Below, one piece after another: positions 38,429 to 47,225 of a stretch of DNA of 64,000 nucleotides. The stretch is from the NCBI GenBank assembly GCA_021163425.1, contig JAGGWS010000072.1, positions 6,582 to 70,581 on the forward strand, in the 5' to 3' direction. This DNA comes from Candidatus Omnitrophota bacterium. GTDB taxonomy: Bacteria > Omnitrophota > Gorgyraeia > Duberdicusellales > Duberdicusellaceae. The notes beneath the pieces are model-generated. The model was not told the origin of the DNA and did not search any database. It saw nothing but the letters and a program-made list of their open reading frames with translations. Numbering within the stretch: the first letter of the stretch is position 1; each line of letters begins with the position of its first letter. The position numbers and the translations under genes were made by a program.

Positions 38429-39364
38429 ATGGCTGAATTATTTTATGCTCGAGATTTTTATGGTAAGACTCTTGTAGAATTAGGAAGAAAAGACCCTAAT
38501 ATTGTAGTTTTAGATGCTGATTTGTCCGGCTCTACCCGCACTGCTTTATTTGGGAAAGAATTCCCAGAGAGATTTTTTAATATGGGCGTGGCTGAGCAGA
38601 ATATGATGGCTACAGCTTCAGGTTTAGCCAGTTGTGGAAAGATAGTCTTTGTTTCTACCTTTTCTATGTTTGCTTCAGCCAGAGCCTTAGACCAGATAAG
38701 AAATACTATTTCTTATAATAACTTTAATGTAAAAATAGTGGCTTCTCACGGAGGTATTACTGTAGGTGAAGATGGTGCTTCTCACCAGGCTTTAGAAGAT
38801 ATTTCTTTTATGCGAGCTATCCCTAATATGAAGGTAGTGGTGCCTTGTGATGCTGAGGAGACTAGAGAAGCAGTATTTTCTGCTTATAAAACCTCAGGGC
38901 CTTTCTACATTCGGATTGGTCGGGCTAAAGTTCCTCAAATTGAAGGAAAGAAACCCTTTATCTTAGGCGAAGGTTATATCTTAAATGAAGGAGGAGACTT
39001 AGCTATAATTAGTTGTGGCTTTATGGTCTATCAGGCTTTGAGAGCTTTAGAGATTCTAAAAAAACAGGGGATAAACCCTTACATAGTAAATATCCATACT
39101 ATAAAACCTATAGACGAAAAGTTAATATCAGAATTAGCTGGGAAAGTAAAAGGCTTTGTAGTTTGTGAGGAACATTCAATAATTGGTGGTTTGGGTTCAG
39201 CTGTAGCTGAAGTAGTTTCGGAGAGAAAACCTCTGTTAATGAAGAGAGTTGGAGTTAGAGATAGTTTTGGTCAATCAGGAGCTCCCGGAGAACTCCTTAA
39301 GTTTTACGGTTTAGAACCCGAGAATATTGCCCAGGCCTGTTTAGAGATTCTCAGAAATGTTTGA
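38429..39364 (+). CDS. Transketolase, C-terminal (pyrimidine-binding + C-terminal domain) subunit
   Basis: TRTALFGKEFPERFFNMGVAEQNMMATASGLA...HGGITVGEDGASHQALEDI; length is 311 aa. Confidence 0.85.
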   Translation: MAELFYARDFYGKTLVELGRKDPNIVVLDADLSGSTRTALFGKEFPERFFNMGVAEQNMMATASGLASCGKIVFVSTFSMFASARALDQIRNTISYNNFNVKIVASHGGITVGEDGASHQALEDISFMRAIPNMKVVVPCDAEETREAVFSAYKTSGPFYIRIGRAKVPQIEGKKPFILGEGYILNEGGDLAIISCGFMVYQALRALEILKKQGINPYIVNIHTIKPIDEKLISELAGKVKGFVVCEEHSIIGGLGSAVAEVVSERKPLLMKRVGVRDSFGQSGAPGELLKFYGLEPENIAQACLEILRNV

Positions 39365-40235
39365 TTGTATCTATCACAGTTCTTCTAAGAGCATCTTTCT
39401 TAAAACTCCTGCTAAACTGAACCTCTATTTAAATATCTTAAGTAAGAGAAAAGATGGCTATCATAATATCTGCAGTATAATAGAGAGAATAGCTCTTTTT
39501 GATGACTTAAAATTAGTTCTTAACAATACTAAGAGGGTAAGACTATTCTGCAATGTAAAAGAGTTGAATAATCCTTCTAACTTAGCCTTTAGAGCCTGCG
39601 AGTTATTTCGCCGAAGTTATAAGATAAGTGAAGGTGTAGATATTTTTTTAAACAAGAATATCCCTCCGGGTTCAGGTTTAGGAGGAGCTTCTTCCAATTG
39701 TGCGGGAGTACTTTTAGGTTTAAGTAAGCTTTTTAAGTTAGAGTTGAGTCTTAATCAGCTTTACAGGTTAGGCGAGAAATTAGGTTCTGATGTTAATTTC
39801 TTCCTGGGAGGAATTAGCTTTGCCTTAGCTTTAGGCAGAGGAGAGAAGATTTATCCTTTAGAAGGGAGGTTTAAGATTAGCCACCTTTTAATTCTGCCTA
39901 ATTTTTCTTCTTCTACTGCCAAAGTATATAAAGCTTACAACTTAAATTTGACAACTTCTATTGACAATGCTAAACTAATAATTTATAGTTTGAAGAAGAA
40001 AGATAAAGCTTTCTTAGAGAAGTTAATTTTTAATGCTCTAACTAAGCCTTTTTTGAAGATATATCCTGAGGAGAGAGAGATTTTTGAAATCATTTCTCAA
40101 AGAGAAGATTATTCCTTCTCTTTGACCGGTGCAGGTTCAGCTATTTTTCTTCTTTATAAACAAAAATTAGGAGGTAAAATATATAAGAGCTTAAAAAAGT
40201 TAGGGGTTAAATTCTTACAGGTTTTTACATTTTAA
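39357..40235 (+). CDS. ispE: 4-diphosphocytidyl-2-C-methyl-D-erythritol kinase
   Basis: AKLNLYLNILSKRKDGYHNI... and NIPPGSGLGGASSNCAG (GHMP kinase motif). Confidence 0.85.
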   Translation: MFDCIYHSSSKSIFLKTPAKLNLYLNILSKRKDGYHNICSIIERIALFDDLKLVLNNTKRVRLFCNVKELNNPSNLAFRACELFRRSYKISEGVDIFLNKNIPPGSGLGGASSNCAGVLLGLSKLFKLELSLNQLYRLGEKLGSDVNFFLGGISFALALGRGEKIYPLEGRFKISHLLILPNFSSSTAKVYKAYNLNLTTSIDNAKLIIYSLKKKDKAFLEKLIFNALTKPFLKIYPEEREIFEIISQREDYSFSLTGAGSAIFLLYKQKLGGKIYKSLKKLGVKFLQVFTF

Positions 40236-40252
40236 CCAAAGGAGGCCAGCTT

Positions 40253-40681
40253 ATGGAGATTACTGAAGTTAAGATTTCTCTTCGTGAGGGGGCTAACAAA
40301 AAGCTTAAAGCCTATGCTACGGTTACCTTTGATGATTGTTTTGTGGTGAGAAACATCAAGGTAATTGAAGGAAGTTCAGGACTTTTTGTAGCTATGCCTG
40401 CTCGAAAAATGAGACAGTTTTGCCCTCGCTGTGGTAAGAGGATTGAGCTTAGGTCTAAGTTCTGCAGTCAGTGTGGAGCACAGCTTCCTCCCCCTCCCCG
40501 GGATCTGCAACAAGAAAAAGCTTCTCAGATTCATCAGGATATTGCTCACCCTATTAATCAGCAGTTTAGGGATTATCTTCAGAAGAAAGTTTTAGATGCT
40601 TACCAGGAGGAGAAGAATAAAGTTCAACAGGCAAAAGGAGTAAATTCAGGCTCTACTTTTACGGGCGAAACATCTTTTTGA
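40253..40681 (+). CDS. spoVG: SpoVG family protein with an inserted double-CxxC zinc ribbon and C-terminal extension
   Basis: MEITEVKISLREG..KAYATVTFDDCFVVRNIKVIEGSSGLFVAMPARK, then an insert QFCPRCGKRIELRSKFCSQCGAQLPPPP..., then the conserved QDIAHPINQQFRDYLQKKVLDAY. Confidence 0.8.
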   Translation: MEITEVKISLREGANKKLKAYATVTFDDCFVVRNIKVIEGSSGLFVAMPARKMRQFCPRCGKRIELRSKFCSQCGAQLPPPPRDLQQEKASQIHQDIAHPINQQFRDYLQKKVLDAYQEEKNKVQQAKGVNSGSTFTGETSF

Positions 40682-40821
40682 ATTTTCCCGCTGATATCCT
40701 AAATCCAGCTTTATTTTTGGTGCCGGATTAAAAGTCTTAGGCTAGCAGAATTTACCCTGACTGAGGCAATTTTTGGTTCTAACAAGAGTAGGGTAGTTAT
40801 TCTGGTTGGTGAGGATATTAT

Positions 40822-40893
40822 TGCCCGGTGGTGTAACTGGTAACACACCAGAATTTGGATCTGGTTTTTGAGGTTCGAATCCTCACCGGGCAG
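40822..40893 (+). tRNA. tRNA-Gln (anticodon UUG)
   Basis: I folded a 72-nt cloverleaf by hand. The acceptor is TGCCCGG/CCGGGCA with U1:A72 (typical of bacterial tRNA-Gln) and discriminator G73. The D-loop is AACTGGTA, the anticodon arm is CCAGA-ATTTGGA-TCTGG, and the T-loop is TTCGAAT. No CCA is encoded. Confidence 0.8.
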
Positions 40894-40927
40894 AGACTTA
40901 AGTTTGAAGAAAAGTTGAAGGTGAAAT

Positions 40928-42202
40928 GTGAGTAAAAGTTTTAAGCTTATAACTGGCGTGGTATTGGCTGCGGGAAAAGGAGTGAGAATGAATTCTCAGC
41001 TTCCCAAGGTTCTTCATAAACTTTGTGGATTGCCTCTTATATACTATCCTTTATCTTTACTTTCTTCACTCCATCTGAAGAATATTGTTGTAGTTCTAGG
41101 CCATAGGAAAGAAGAAGTGAAGGAAGAAATAGCTAAGGAGTTTAAAGGAGTTAATTTTGCCTACCAGCGAGTTTTAAATGGGAGTGCTAAGGCTTTAGAG
41201 TCTGCTTTAAGGTATGTAGATACTCCCTACCTTTTAGTTATGTGTGCAGACTCTTCTTTTTTAGATAAGAAGGTTTTTCAAAAGGCTATCTCTTTCCATA
41301 TTTCTGAGAGAAATGTCTGTACGGTCTTGAGTAGAGAGAGTCCTTCTCCTTCTTCTCTGGGAAGAATTGTAAGAGATTCTCGGGATGAAATTCTGGAAAT
41401 TAGAGAAGAAGTAGATTTAGACCGCAAAAATACCCTTTCTTTAAAGGAGGTAAATACCGGTATCTATATATTTAATCGGGAAGAGCTCTCCAAAGAGATA
41501 AAAAAGATTAACCCCCATCCTAAGAAGAAAGAGTACTTTCTTACTGATATTATAGGGATTTTCCGAAAGAAAAACTATAAAGTTAAAGCCTTTAAGGCTG
41601 GAGAAAGAGAAGCTTTCTATTCAGTAAACAGCCTTAAAGACCTTATTGAAGCAGAAAAAGTTGTTCGGACCTATCTCATTGAGGCTCTTATAGATAAAGG
41701 AGTAAGAATCTTAGACCCTCAGACTACTTTTTTAGGTCCTAAGACTTTTATAGGGAAAAATTCGATAATTTATCCCTTTACCTTTTTAGAAAATAATGTT
41801 AAAATTGGAAATTCTTGTGGAGTGGGTCCTTTTGTCCACTTAAGAGAAGGCACAGTTATAGGAGATAATTCCTATATAGGTAATTTTGCTGAGTTGGTAA
41901 GAACTAGACTTTCCTCAGGAGTGAAAATGAAGCACTTTGGTTATTTAGGAGATGCTGAAGTAGGGAGTAAAGTTAATATTGGCGCAGGGGTAGTAACTGC
42001 TAACTTTGATGGTAAAAAGAAAAATAAGACTAAGATTTCAAATTCAGCCTTTATTGGTTCAGATACAATAATCGTAGCCCCGGTTAAGATAGGGAAATCC
42101 GCTTTTACCGGTGCAGGCAGTGTGATAACTAAGGATGTAAGGGGTAAAACCTTAGTGGTAGGAGTGCCAGCTAAAAAAGTAAGAGAAGTAAAAAATGTTT
42201 AA
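40928..42202 (+). CDS. glmU: Bifunctional UDP-GlcNAc pyrophosphorylase / GlcN-1-P N-acetyltransferase
   Basis: It has a GTG start. VVLAAGKGVRM is in the N-terminal NTP-transferase domain, and the C-terminal left-handed beta-helix has hexapeptide repeats. Confidence 0.85.
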   Translation: MSKSFKLITGVVLAAGKGVRMNSQLPKVLHKLCGLPLIYYPLSLLSSLHLKNIVVVLGHRKEEVKEEIAKEFKGVNFAYQRVLNGSAKALESALRYVDTPYLLVMCADSSFLDKKVFQKAISFHISERNVCTVLSRESPSPSSLGRIVRDSRDEILEIREEVDLDRKNTLSLKEVNTGIYIFNREELSKEIKKINPHPKKKEYFLTDIIGIFRKKNYKVKAFKAGEREAFYSVNSLKDLIEAEKVVRTYLIEALIDKGVRILDPQTTFLGPKTFIGKNSIIYPFTFLENNVKIGNSCGVGPFVHLREGTVIGDNSYIGNFAELVRTRLSSGVKMKHFGYLGDAEVGSKVNIGAGVVTANFDGKKKNKTKISNSAFIGSDTIIVAPVKIGKSAFTGAGSVITKDVRGKTLVVGVPAKKVREVKNV

Positions 42203-43139
42203 CAGGATTTCTATATTCACCGGGAACGCTCATCCTAAATTAGCTAAGGATATAGCTAAATATTTAGGAGGAAAGGTTTCTCCTGCTTTAGTTTCCCGGT
42301 TTAGTGACGGAGAGGTAAGAGTAAAGATTGAGGAAAATGTCCGGGGTAAGGATGTTTTTGTAGTCCAGCCTACTTCTCCTCCAGTAAATGAGAACTTAAT
42401 GGAGCTTTTAATTATGATTGATGCTTTAAAAAGAGCTTCAGCCCGAAGGATTACTGCAGTTATTCCTTATTTTGGCTATGCCCGTCAGGATAGGAAGGAC
42501 CAACCCCGAGTTCCTATTACTGCTAAATTAGTGGCTAATCTCTTAACTGTAGCTGGGGCTGACCGAGTTCTTACCTTAGATTTACATGCCGGCCAAATTC
42601 AGGGATTTTTTGATATACCTTTAGACCACCTTTACGCTATTAATGTTTTTGTGGAGTATTTTTCTAAGAAGAAGTTAAAGAATAATTTGGTAATAGTCTC
42701 TCCGGATGTAGGAGGGATAAAAATGGCTCGAGCTTATGCTAAGAGGTTATCTGCAGGTTTAGCTATTGTAGACAAGAGAAGAAACAGTCCTGATTCTACT
42801 TCAGCTATCCACATCTTAGGAGAAGTAGAAGGGAAAAACTGTGTCTTAGTAGATGATATAATAGCTACGGGAAGTTCTTTAATTGAGGCTGCGAAGGCTC
42901 TAAAAAGGTCTGGAAGTAAAGATATTTATGCTGCGGTTACTCACGGAATTTTATCTAAAGATGCAGTTAAAAGAATAGAGAATTCAGATATTAGGCAACT
43001 GGTTATTACTGATAGCGTACCTCTTCCTCCAGAAAAGAAAAGTCCTAAGATTAAAGTGGTAAGTGTTGCTTCCTTGTTAGGAGAAGCTATTAAGAGGATT
43101 CACGAAGAGAGATCGATAAGTATTCTTTTCGAATTTTAG
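42195..43139 (+). CDS. prs: Ribose-phosphate pyrophosphokinase
   Basis: IFTGNAHPKLAKDIAKYLG...DLHAGQIQGFF...VDDIIATGSSL. Confidence 0.9.
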   Translation: MFNRISIFTGNAHPKLAKDIAKYLGGKVSPALVSRFSDGEVRVKIEENVRGKDVFVVQPTSPPVNENLMELLIMIDALKRASARRITAVIPYFGYARQDRKDQPRVPITAKLVANLLTVAGADRVLTLDLHAGQIQGFFDIPLDHLYAINVFVEYFSKKKLKNNLVIVSPDVGGIKMARAYAKRLSAGLAIVDKRRNSPDSTSAIHILGEVEGKNCVLVDDIIATGSSLIEAAKALKRSGSKDIYAAVTHGILSKDAVKRIENSDIRQLVITDSVPLPPEKKSPKIKVVSVASLLGEAIKRIHEERSISILFEF

Positions 43140-43149
43140 GAGTGAGAAT

Positions 43150-43815
43150 ATGGAGGAAATAAGAATAAAAGCTTCAGTGAGGAAAGAGGCAGGCACTTCC
43201 GAAGCTAAGAGATTAAGGAGGAGTAAATTTATTCCGGGAGTAGTCTACGGTAAAGATATAAATACCTTAATTAAGATAGAAAAGTCAGAACTTAAATACT
43301 TAAAAGCTCACCATTTTTCTGAAAATATCTTAATAAGCTTAGAGATTAAAAACGAGGAGAGTTTTCAGAATATTTCTGTTCTGTTAAAAGATTATCAACT
43401 CAATCCTTTAACTGAGGAGGTTATCCATTTGGATTTTATAAAAGTTTCTTTAGAGGAGAAGGTGGCAGTAGAAGTACCCTTGGAAATAAAGGGAAGCCCT
43501 AAGGGAGTTAAGGCTGGCGGAGTTTTAGAGAGGGTTCTCTGGAATTTAAAGGTAGAGTGTTTACCCAAAGATATTCCTGAGAGTATTGTTGTAGATGTTT
43601 CGGAATTAGATGTTGGCGATTCTATCCATGTAGGGGATTTAGTTTTACCTTTGGGAGTTATAGCCTTGACTGAACCTAAGGAGGTAGTGGTTACAGTTCT
43701 TATGCCGATGAAAGAAGAAGAGGCTGTTTCTGAAGAAGAAGTTGTAGAAGAGCCAGAGGTTATAAAAGAAAAGCCTAAAGAGGAAAAGGAGACTTCTAAG
43801 GAAGAGGAGAGTTGA
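43150..43815 (+). CDS. rplY: 50S ribosomal protein L25 / general stress protein Ctc, with acidic C-terminal tail
   Basis: RKEAGTSEAKRLRRSKFIPGVVYG..., two beta-barrel domains, and an E/K-rich tail. Confidence 0.85.
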   Translation: MEEIRIKASVRKEAGTSEAKRLRRSKFIPGVVYGKDINTLIKIEKSELKYLKAHHFSENILISLEIKNEESFQNISVLLKDYQLNPLTEEVIHLDFIKVSLEEKVAVEVPLEIKGSPKGVKAGGVLERVLWNLKVECLPKDIPESIVVDVSELDVGDSIHVGDLVLPLGVIALTEPKEVVVTVLMPMKEEEAVSEEEVVEEPEVIKEKPKEEKETSKEEES

Positions 43816-44357
43816 GGCTGGTTATAGGCTTAGGTAATCCCGGTTTAAAATTTAAAGAAAGTCGTCATAATTTAGGATTTATGGTTGTAGAAGAATTAGC
43901 CAGAAAGATTAAAGTTTCTTTTAAAAGAAATATTTATTGTAAAGCTTATATATCTCTTAATAAAGAGGTAATTTTAGCTAAACCCTATACGTTTATGAAT
44001 CTTTCGGGGTTTTCAGTGAGAAGATTAAAGGAAAAGTTTGATGTTAGTCTCAGAGATATTTTAGTAATCTGCGATGACCTTAATTTACCTTTGGGTAAAC
44101 TCAGATTGAAACCCCGGGGAAGTAGCGGAGGTCACAAAGGTCTTTCTTCAATTATTCAAGCTTTAGAGAGCGAGGATTTTCCCCGTTTAAGAATAGGTAT
44201 AGGCAGGCCTTTAGAAGAAGATTTTAGTTCTTTTGTTTTATCTAAATTTTCTCAAGAAGAATTATCAATAGTAAAGGAAGCTATTTCTAAAGCTGTAAGT
44301 TGTGTCCAGGAGTGGATTTATCAAGATTTTCAAGGATTAATGGCTAAATATAATTAG
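43812..44357 (+). CDS. pth: Peptidyl-tRNA hydrolase
   Basis: LVIGLGNPGLKFKESRHNLGF...GSSGGHKGLSSI. Confidence 0.9.
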   Translation: MRLVIGLGNPGLKFKESRHNLGFMVVEELARKIKVSFKRNIYCKAYISLNKEVILAKPYTFMNLSGFSVRRLKEKFDVSLRDILVICDDLNLPLGKLRLKPRGSSGGHKGLSSIIQALESEDFPRLRIGIGRPLEEDFSSFVLSKFSQEELSIVKEAISKAVSCVQEWIYQDFQGLMAKYN

Positions 44358-44367
44358 GTTAGAAGAA

Positions 44368-44682
44368 ATGAGAAGTTATGAATTAGTTCTTATATTAAGG
44401 CCAGACTTAGACAAAAATTCTTACGAGGAATTAAGAGAAAAAGTTTCTTCTTTACTTTCTAAAGAAGAAGGTAAACTCTCTTCTTGGCAGATTTGGAAAG
44501 AAAAACAGAAGTTTTCTTATCCTTTGAGATTGAGGGGAGCAGAGAAGAAGAAATTCACTGAGGGGACTTACATCCTTTGTAGTTTTTTACTTTCTCCTTC
44601 TAAGATGAGAAGTTTAAAATATACCTTAGATTTAGAGGAGAGAATCATAAGATATTTAATAGTAAATAAAGAAGCAAAGTAA
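44368..44682 (+). CDS. rpsF: 30S ribosomal protein S6
   Basis: MRSYELVLILRPDL... and the conserved rpsF-ssb-rpsR-rplI gene order. Confidence 0.85.
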   Translation: MRSYELVLILRPDLDKNSYEELREKVSSLLSKEEGKLSSWQIWKEKQKFSYPLRLRGAEKKKFTEGTYILCSFLLSPSKMRSLKYTLDLEERIIRYLIVNKEAK

Positions 44683-44691
44683 GGAGGGATT

Positions 44692-45126
44692 ATGGCTAAT
44701 TTAAATAAAGTATTCCTGATCGGTAATTTGACTAAAGACCCTGAGCTTCGCTATACTCCTCAGGGCAGTCCTGTAACCACTTTAAGGATTGCAGTAAACA
44801 GGAATTTTCGGACTAAGGGTGGAGAGAATAAAAGAGAGACTTGTTTTGTAAATATCATCAGTTGGGGCAATTTAGCTGAGATTTGCAACCAGTATCTTCA
44901 AAAAGGTAAAGCTGTTTTTGTAGAAGGTAGACTTCAATCTCGAAACTGGCAGGATTCTCAGGGCAAGAGCCGTTCAGTAATAGAGGTAAGGGCCGAAAGA
45001 GTTCAGTTTTTAGGTCCTAAGACTGAGCCGGGAGTAGAAGTAGATTTAGGGTCTGAGCCAGATTTAGAACTAGGAGAACCAGAACCAGAGAGTTCTCAAG
45101 CAGAGGATTCTCAGCTAGGAGCTTAA
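44692..45126 (+). CDS. ssb: Single-stranded DNA-binding protein
   Basis: [33 protein letters not shown] is the OB fold, and there is an acidic C-terminal tail. Confidence 0.9.
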   Translation: MANLNKVFLIGNLTKDPELRYTPQGSPVTTLRIAVNRNFRTKGGENKRETCFVNIISWGNLAEICNQYLQKGKAVFVEGRLQSRNWQDSQGKSRSVIEVRAERVQFLGPKTEPGVEVDLGSEPDLELGEPEPESSQAEDSQLGA

Positions 45127-45127
45127 T

Positions 45128-45361
45128 ATGGCAGTGAAAAGACAAAGAAAAACAATAAGATTTAAAAAGAAATGTATATTCTGTAAAGATAAAACTCCCA
45201 TAGACTACAAAGACATAGACCTCCTCTCTAAGTTTATAAATGTAAAGGGGAAGATTACTTCCCGGAGAGTGAATGGAAACTGCGCTAAGCATCAGAGGAA
45301 ATTGGCTAAAGCTATAAAGAGAGCAAGGTTTTTGGCGCTTCTACCTTATTTAGCAAGATGA
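45128..45361 (+). CDS. rpsR: 30S ribosomal protein S18
   Basis: [61 protein letters not shown]. Confidence 0.9.
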   Translation: MAVKRQRKTIRFKKKCIFCKDKTPIDYKDIDLLSKFINVKGKITSRRVNGNCAKHQRKLAKAIKRARFLALLPYLAR

Positions 45362-45801
45362 AAATAATCCTTTTAGAAGATATAAAAAAATTAGGCTCAA
45401 GAGGAGAGGTTGTAGAGGTAAAAGATGGATTTGCCCGTAATTATCTTCTTCCCCAGGCTAAAGCCTTAGAAGCCACTTCCGAAAATATCCTTATTTTCCA
45501 GAAAAAGAAGGAGAAAGAAGAAAGAAGGAAAGAAAAACAAAGACAGGAAGCTTTAGAATTTGCTGAGGTACTTTCTAAAATTTCTTTAACTGTGGCTTGT
45601 CCGGCTAAGGAGAATGAGGAGCTTTTCGGTTCAGTTACCCCTCAGATGATAGCTTCTGCCTTAAAAGAAGAAGGTTACGAAATTGACAAGGATAAGGTTA
45701 AAGTAGAGGAACCTATCAAGAGATTAGGTATATATAAGGTGAAGATAGAAGTCCATCCTGAAGTTATGGCTGAGGTTAAATTGTGGGTAGTGAAGAAGTA
45801 G
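45358..45801 (+). CDS. rplI: 50S ribosomal protein L9
   Basis: [36 protein letters not shown]. Confidence 0.9.
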   Translation: MKIILLEDIKKLGSRGEVVEVKDGFARNYLLPQAKALEATSENILIFQKKKEKEERRKEKQRQEALEFAEVLSKISLTVACPAKENEELFGSVTPQMIASALKEEGYEIDKDKVKVEEPIKRLGIYKVKIEVHPEVMAEVKLWVVKK

Positions 45802-45808
45802 GTAAGTT

Positions 45809-47176
45809 ATGCCAGTTCCTGATGTAACCTCAGATAAACTCCCTCCTCAGAACATAGAGGCTGAGCAAGCAGTCTTAGGAGCTATGCTTATAAATGAGAA
45901 GATTATCCCTGAAATTTTAGAGATTATTGATGAGGCTTATTTTTATAAGGAAGCTCATCGTCAGATTTTTTCAGTGATTGTAGAGTTATTCCATAATAGA
46001 AAGAACGTTGATATAGTTACTGTGGCTGAGGTATTGAAGAGAAGGAAAAAATTAGAGGAAGTAGGCGGAGTAGTCTACCTTACTAATCTGGTGGATAATG
46101 TTCCGGTTGCTTCTAATGCAGTAAGCTATGCTAAAATTGTTAAAGAGAAAGGAATTTTACGGGCTTTAATAAATTCATCTTTTCAGATTCTTTCTTTGTG
46201 TTATGAAGCTAAAGAAGACGCTTCTTCTATATTGGATAAGTCGGAGAGGTTAATATTTGAGATAAGTGACAGGCGAATAGAAGGAGGCTATGTTCACATA
46301 AAAGAGATTATTAAGAGTAGTATTGAGTTAATAGACACTCTTTATCAGAAGAAGACACACATTACCGGTTTACCTACAGGATTTAAAGAATTTGATATTA
46401 AGACTTCGGGTCTTCATCCCGGAGACTTAATAGTTATTGCCGGAAGACCTTCTATGGGTAAGAGTGCTTTTGTCACTTGTTTGGCTGAATATATAGGTGT
46501 AGAGTGTAATGTTCCAGTAGGGTTTTTTAGCCTGGAGATGTCCAAAGAACAATTAGTTCAAAGATTTCTCTGTTCTTATGCTAAGGTAGATGCGCATAAA
46601 TTAAGAACTGGTTTTCTCTCTCCTTCGGATTGGCCCCTTCTTACTTCAGCTGCAGGCAGGTTATCGGAAGCTCCTTTATTTATTGATGATACTCCGGCTA
46701 TAAATATTTTTGAACTGAGAGCAAAAGCCAGGAGGATGCGTTCCCACCATAACATCCAGTTAGTTATAGTAGATTACCTTCAACTTATAAGAGGAAGTGG
46801 GAAGCCTGAAAGTAGACAGCAGGAAATTTCAGAAGTTTCCCAGGCTCTTAAAGCTTTAGCTAAAGAGTTAGATGTCCCGGTAGTAGCAGTAAGTCAGCTT
46901 TCCCGGGAAGTGGAAAAGCGTGAAGACCATAGACCTCGACTTTCTGACTTGAGGGAATCAGGGGCTATTGAACAGGATGCAGATTTAGTAGCCTTACTTT
47001 ATAGAGATGATTACTATGATCCTGATAGTGAGAAGAAAGGCATAGCTGAAGTAAACATAGCCAAGCAAAGAAATGGTCCTACAGGAGTAATTGAATTAGG
47101 TTTTGTAAGAGAATATATGAAATTTGTAAATTTAGATTTTGTCCACACTGAAGAAGAATTGGGAGAGGAAGGATAA
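45809..47176 (+). CDS. dnaB: Replicative DNA helicase (no intein)
   Basis: PPQNIEAEQAVLGAML... at the N-terminus and the RecA-like domain GRPSMGKSAF...DYLQLI...SQLSREVEKR; length is 455 aa. Confidence 0.9.
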   Translation: MPVPDVTSDKLPPQNIEAEQAVLGAMLINEKIIPEILEIIDEAYFYKEAHRQIFSVIVELFHNRKNVDIVTVAEVLKRRKKLEEVGGVVYLTNLVDNVPVASNAVSYAKIVKEKGILRALINSSFQILSLCYEAKEDASSILDKSERLIFEISDRRIEGGYVHIKEIIKSSIELIDTLYQKKTHITGLPTGFKEFDIKTSGLHPGDLIVIAGRPSMGKSAFVTCLAEYIGVECNVPVGFFSLEMSKEQLVQRFLCSYAKVDAHKLRTGFLSPSDWPLLTSAAGRLSEAPLFIDDTPAINIFELRAKARRMRSHHNIQLVIVDYLQLIRGSGKPESRQQEISEVSQALKALAKELDVPVVAVSQLSREVEKREDHRPRLSDLRESGAIEQDADLVALLYRDDYYDPDSEKKGIAEVNIAKQRNGPTGVIELGFVREYMKFVNLDFVHTEEELGEEG

Positions 47177-47184
47177 AAGCTTGA

Positions 47185-47212
47185 TTGACTTTCTTAAAGG
47201 AATTGGTATAAT
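47185..47212 (+). promoter_or_regulatory. Strong sigma70-like promoter TTGACT-16-TGgTATAAT immediately upstream of bamA
   Basis: TTGACT at 47185-90, a 16-nt spacer, and an extended -10 TGGTATAAT at 47204-12. The predicted TSS is ~47219, which leaves only ~7 nt of 5'UTR before the ATG at 47226. Confidence 0.45.
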
Positions 47213-47225
47213 AACTTAACCTAAA

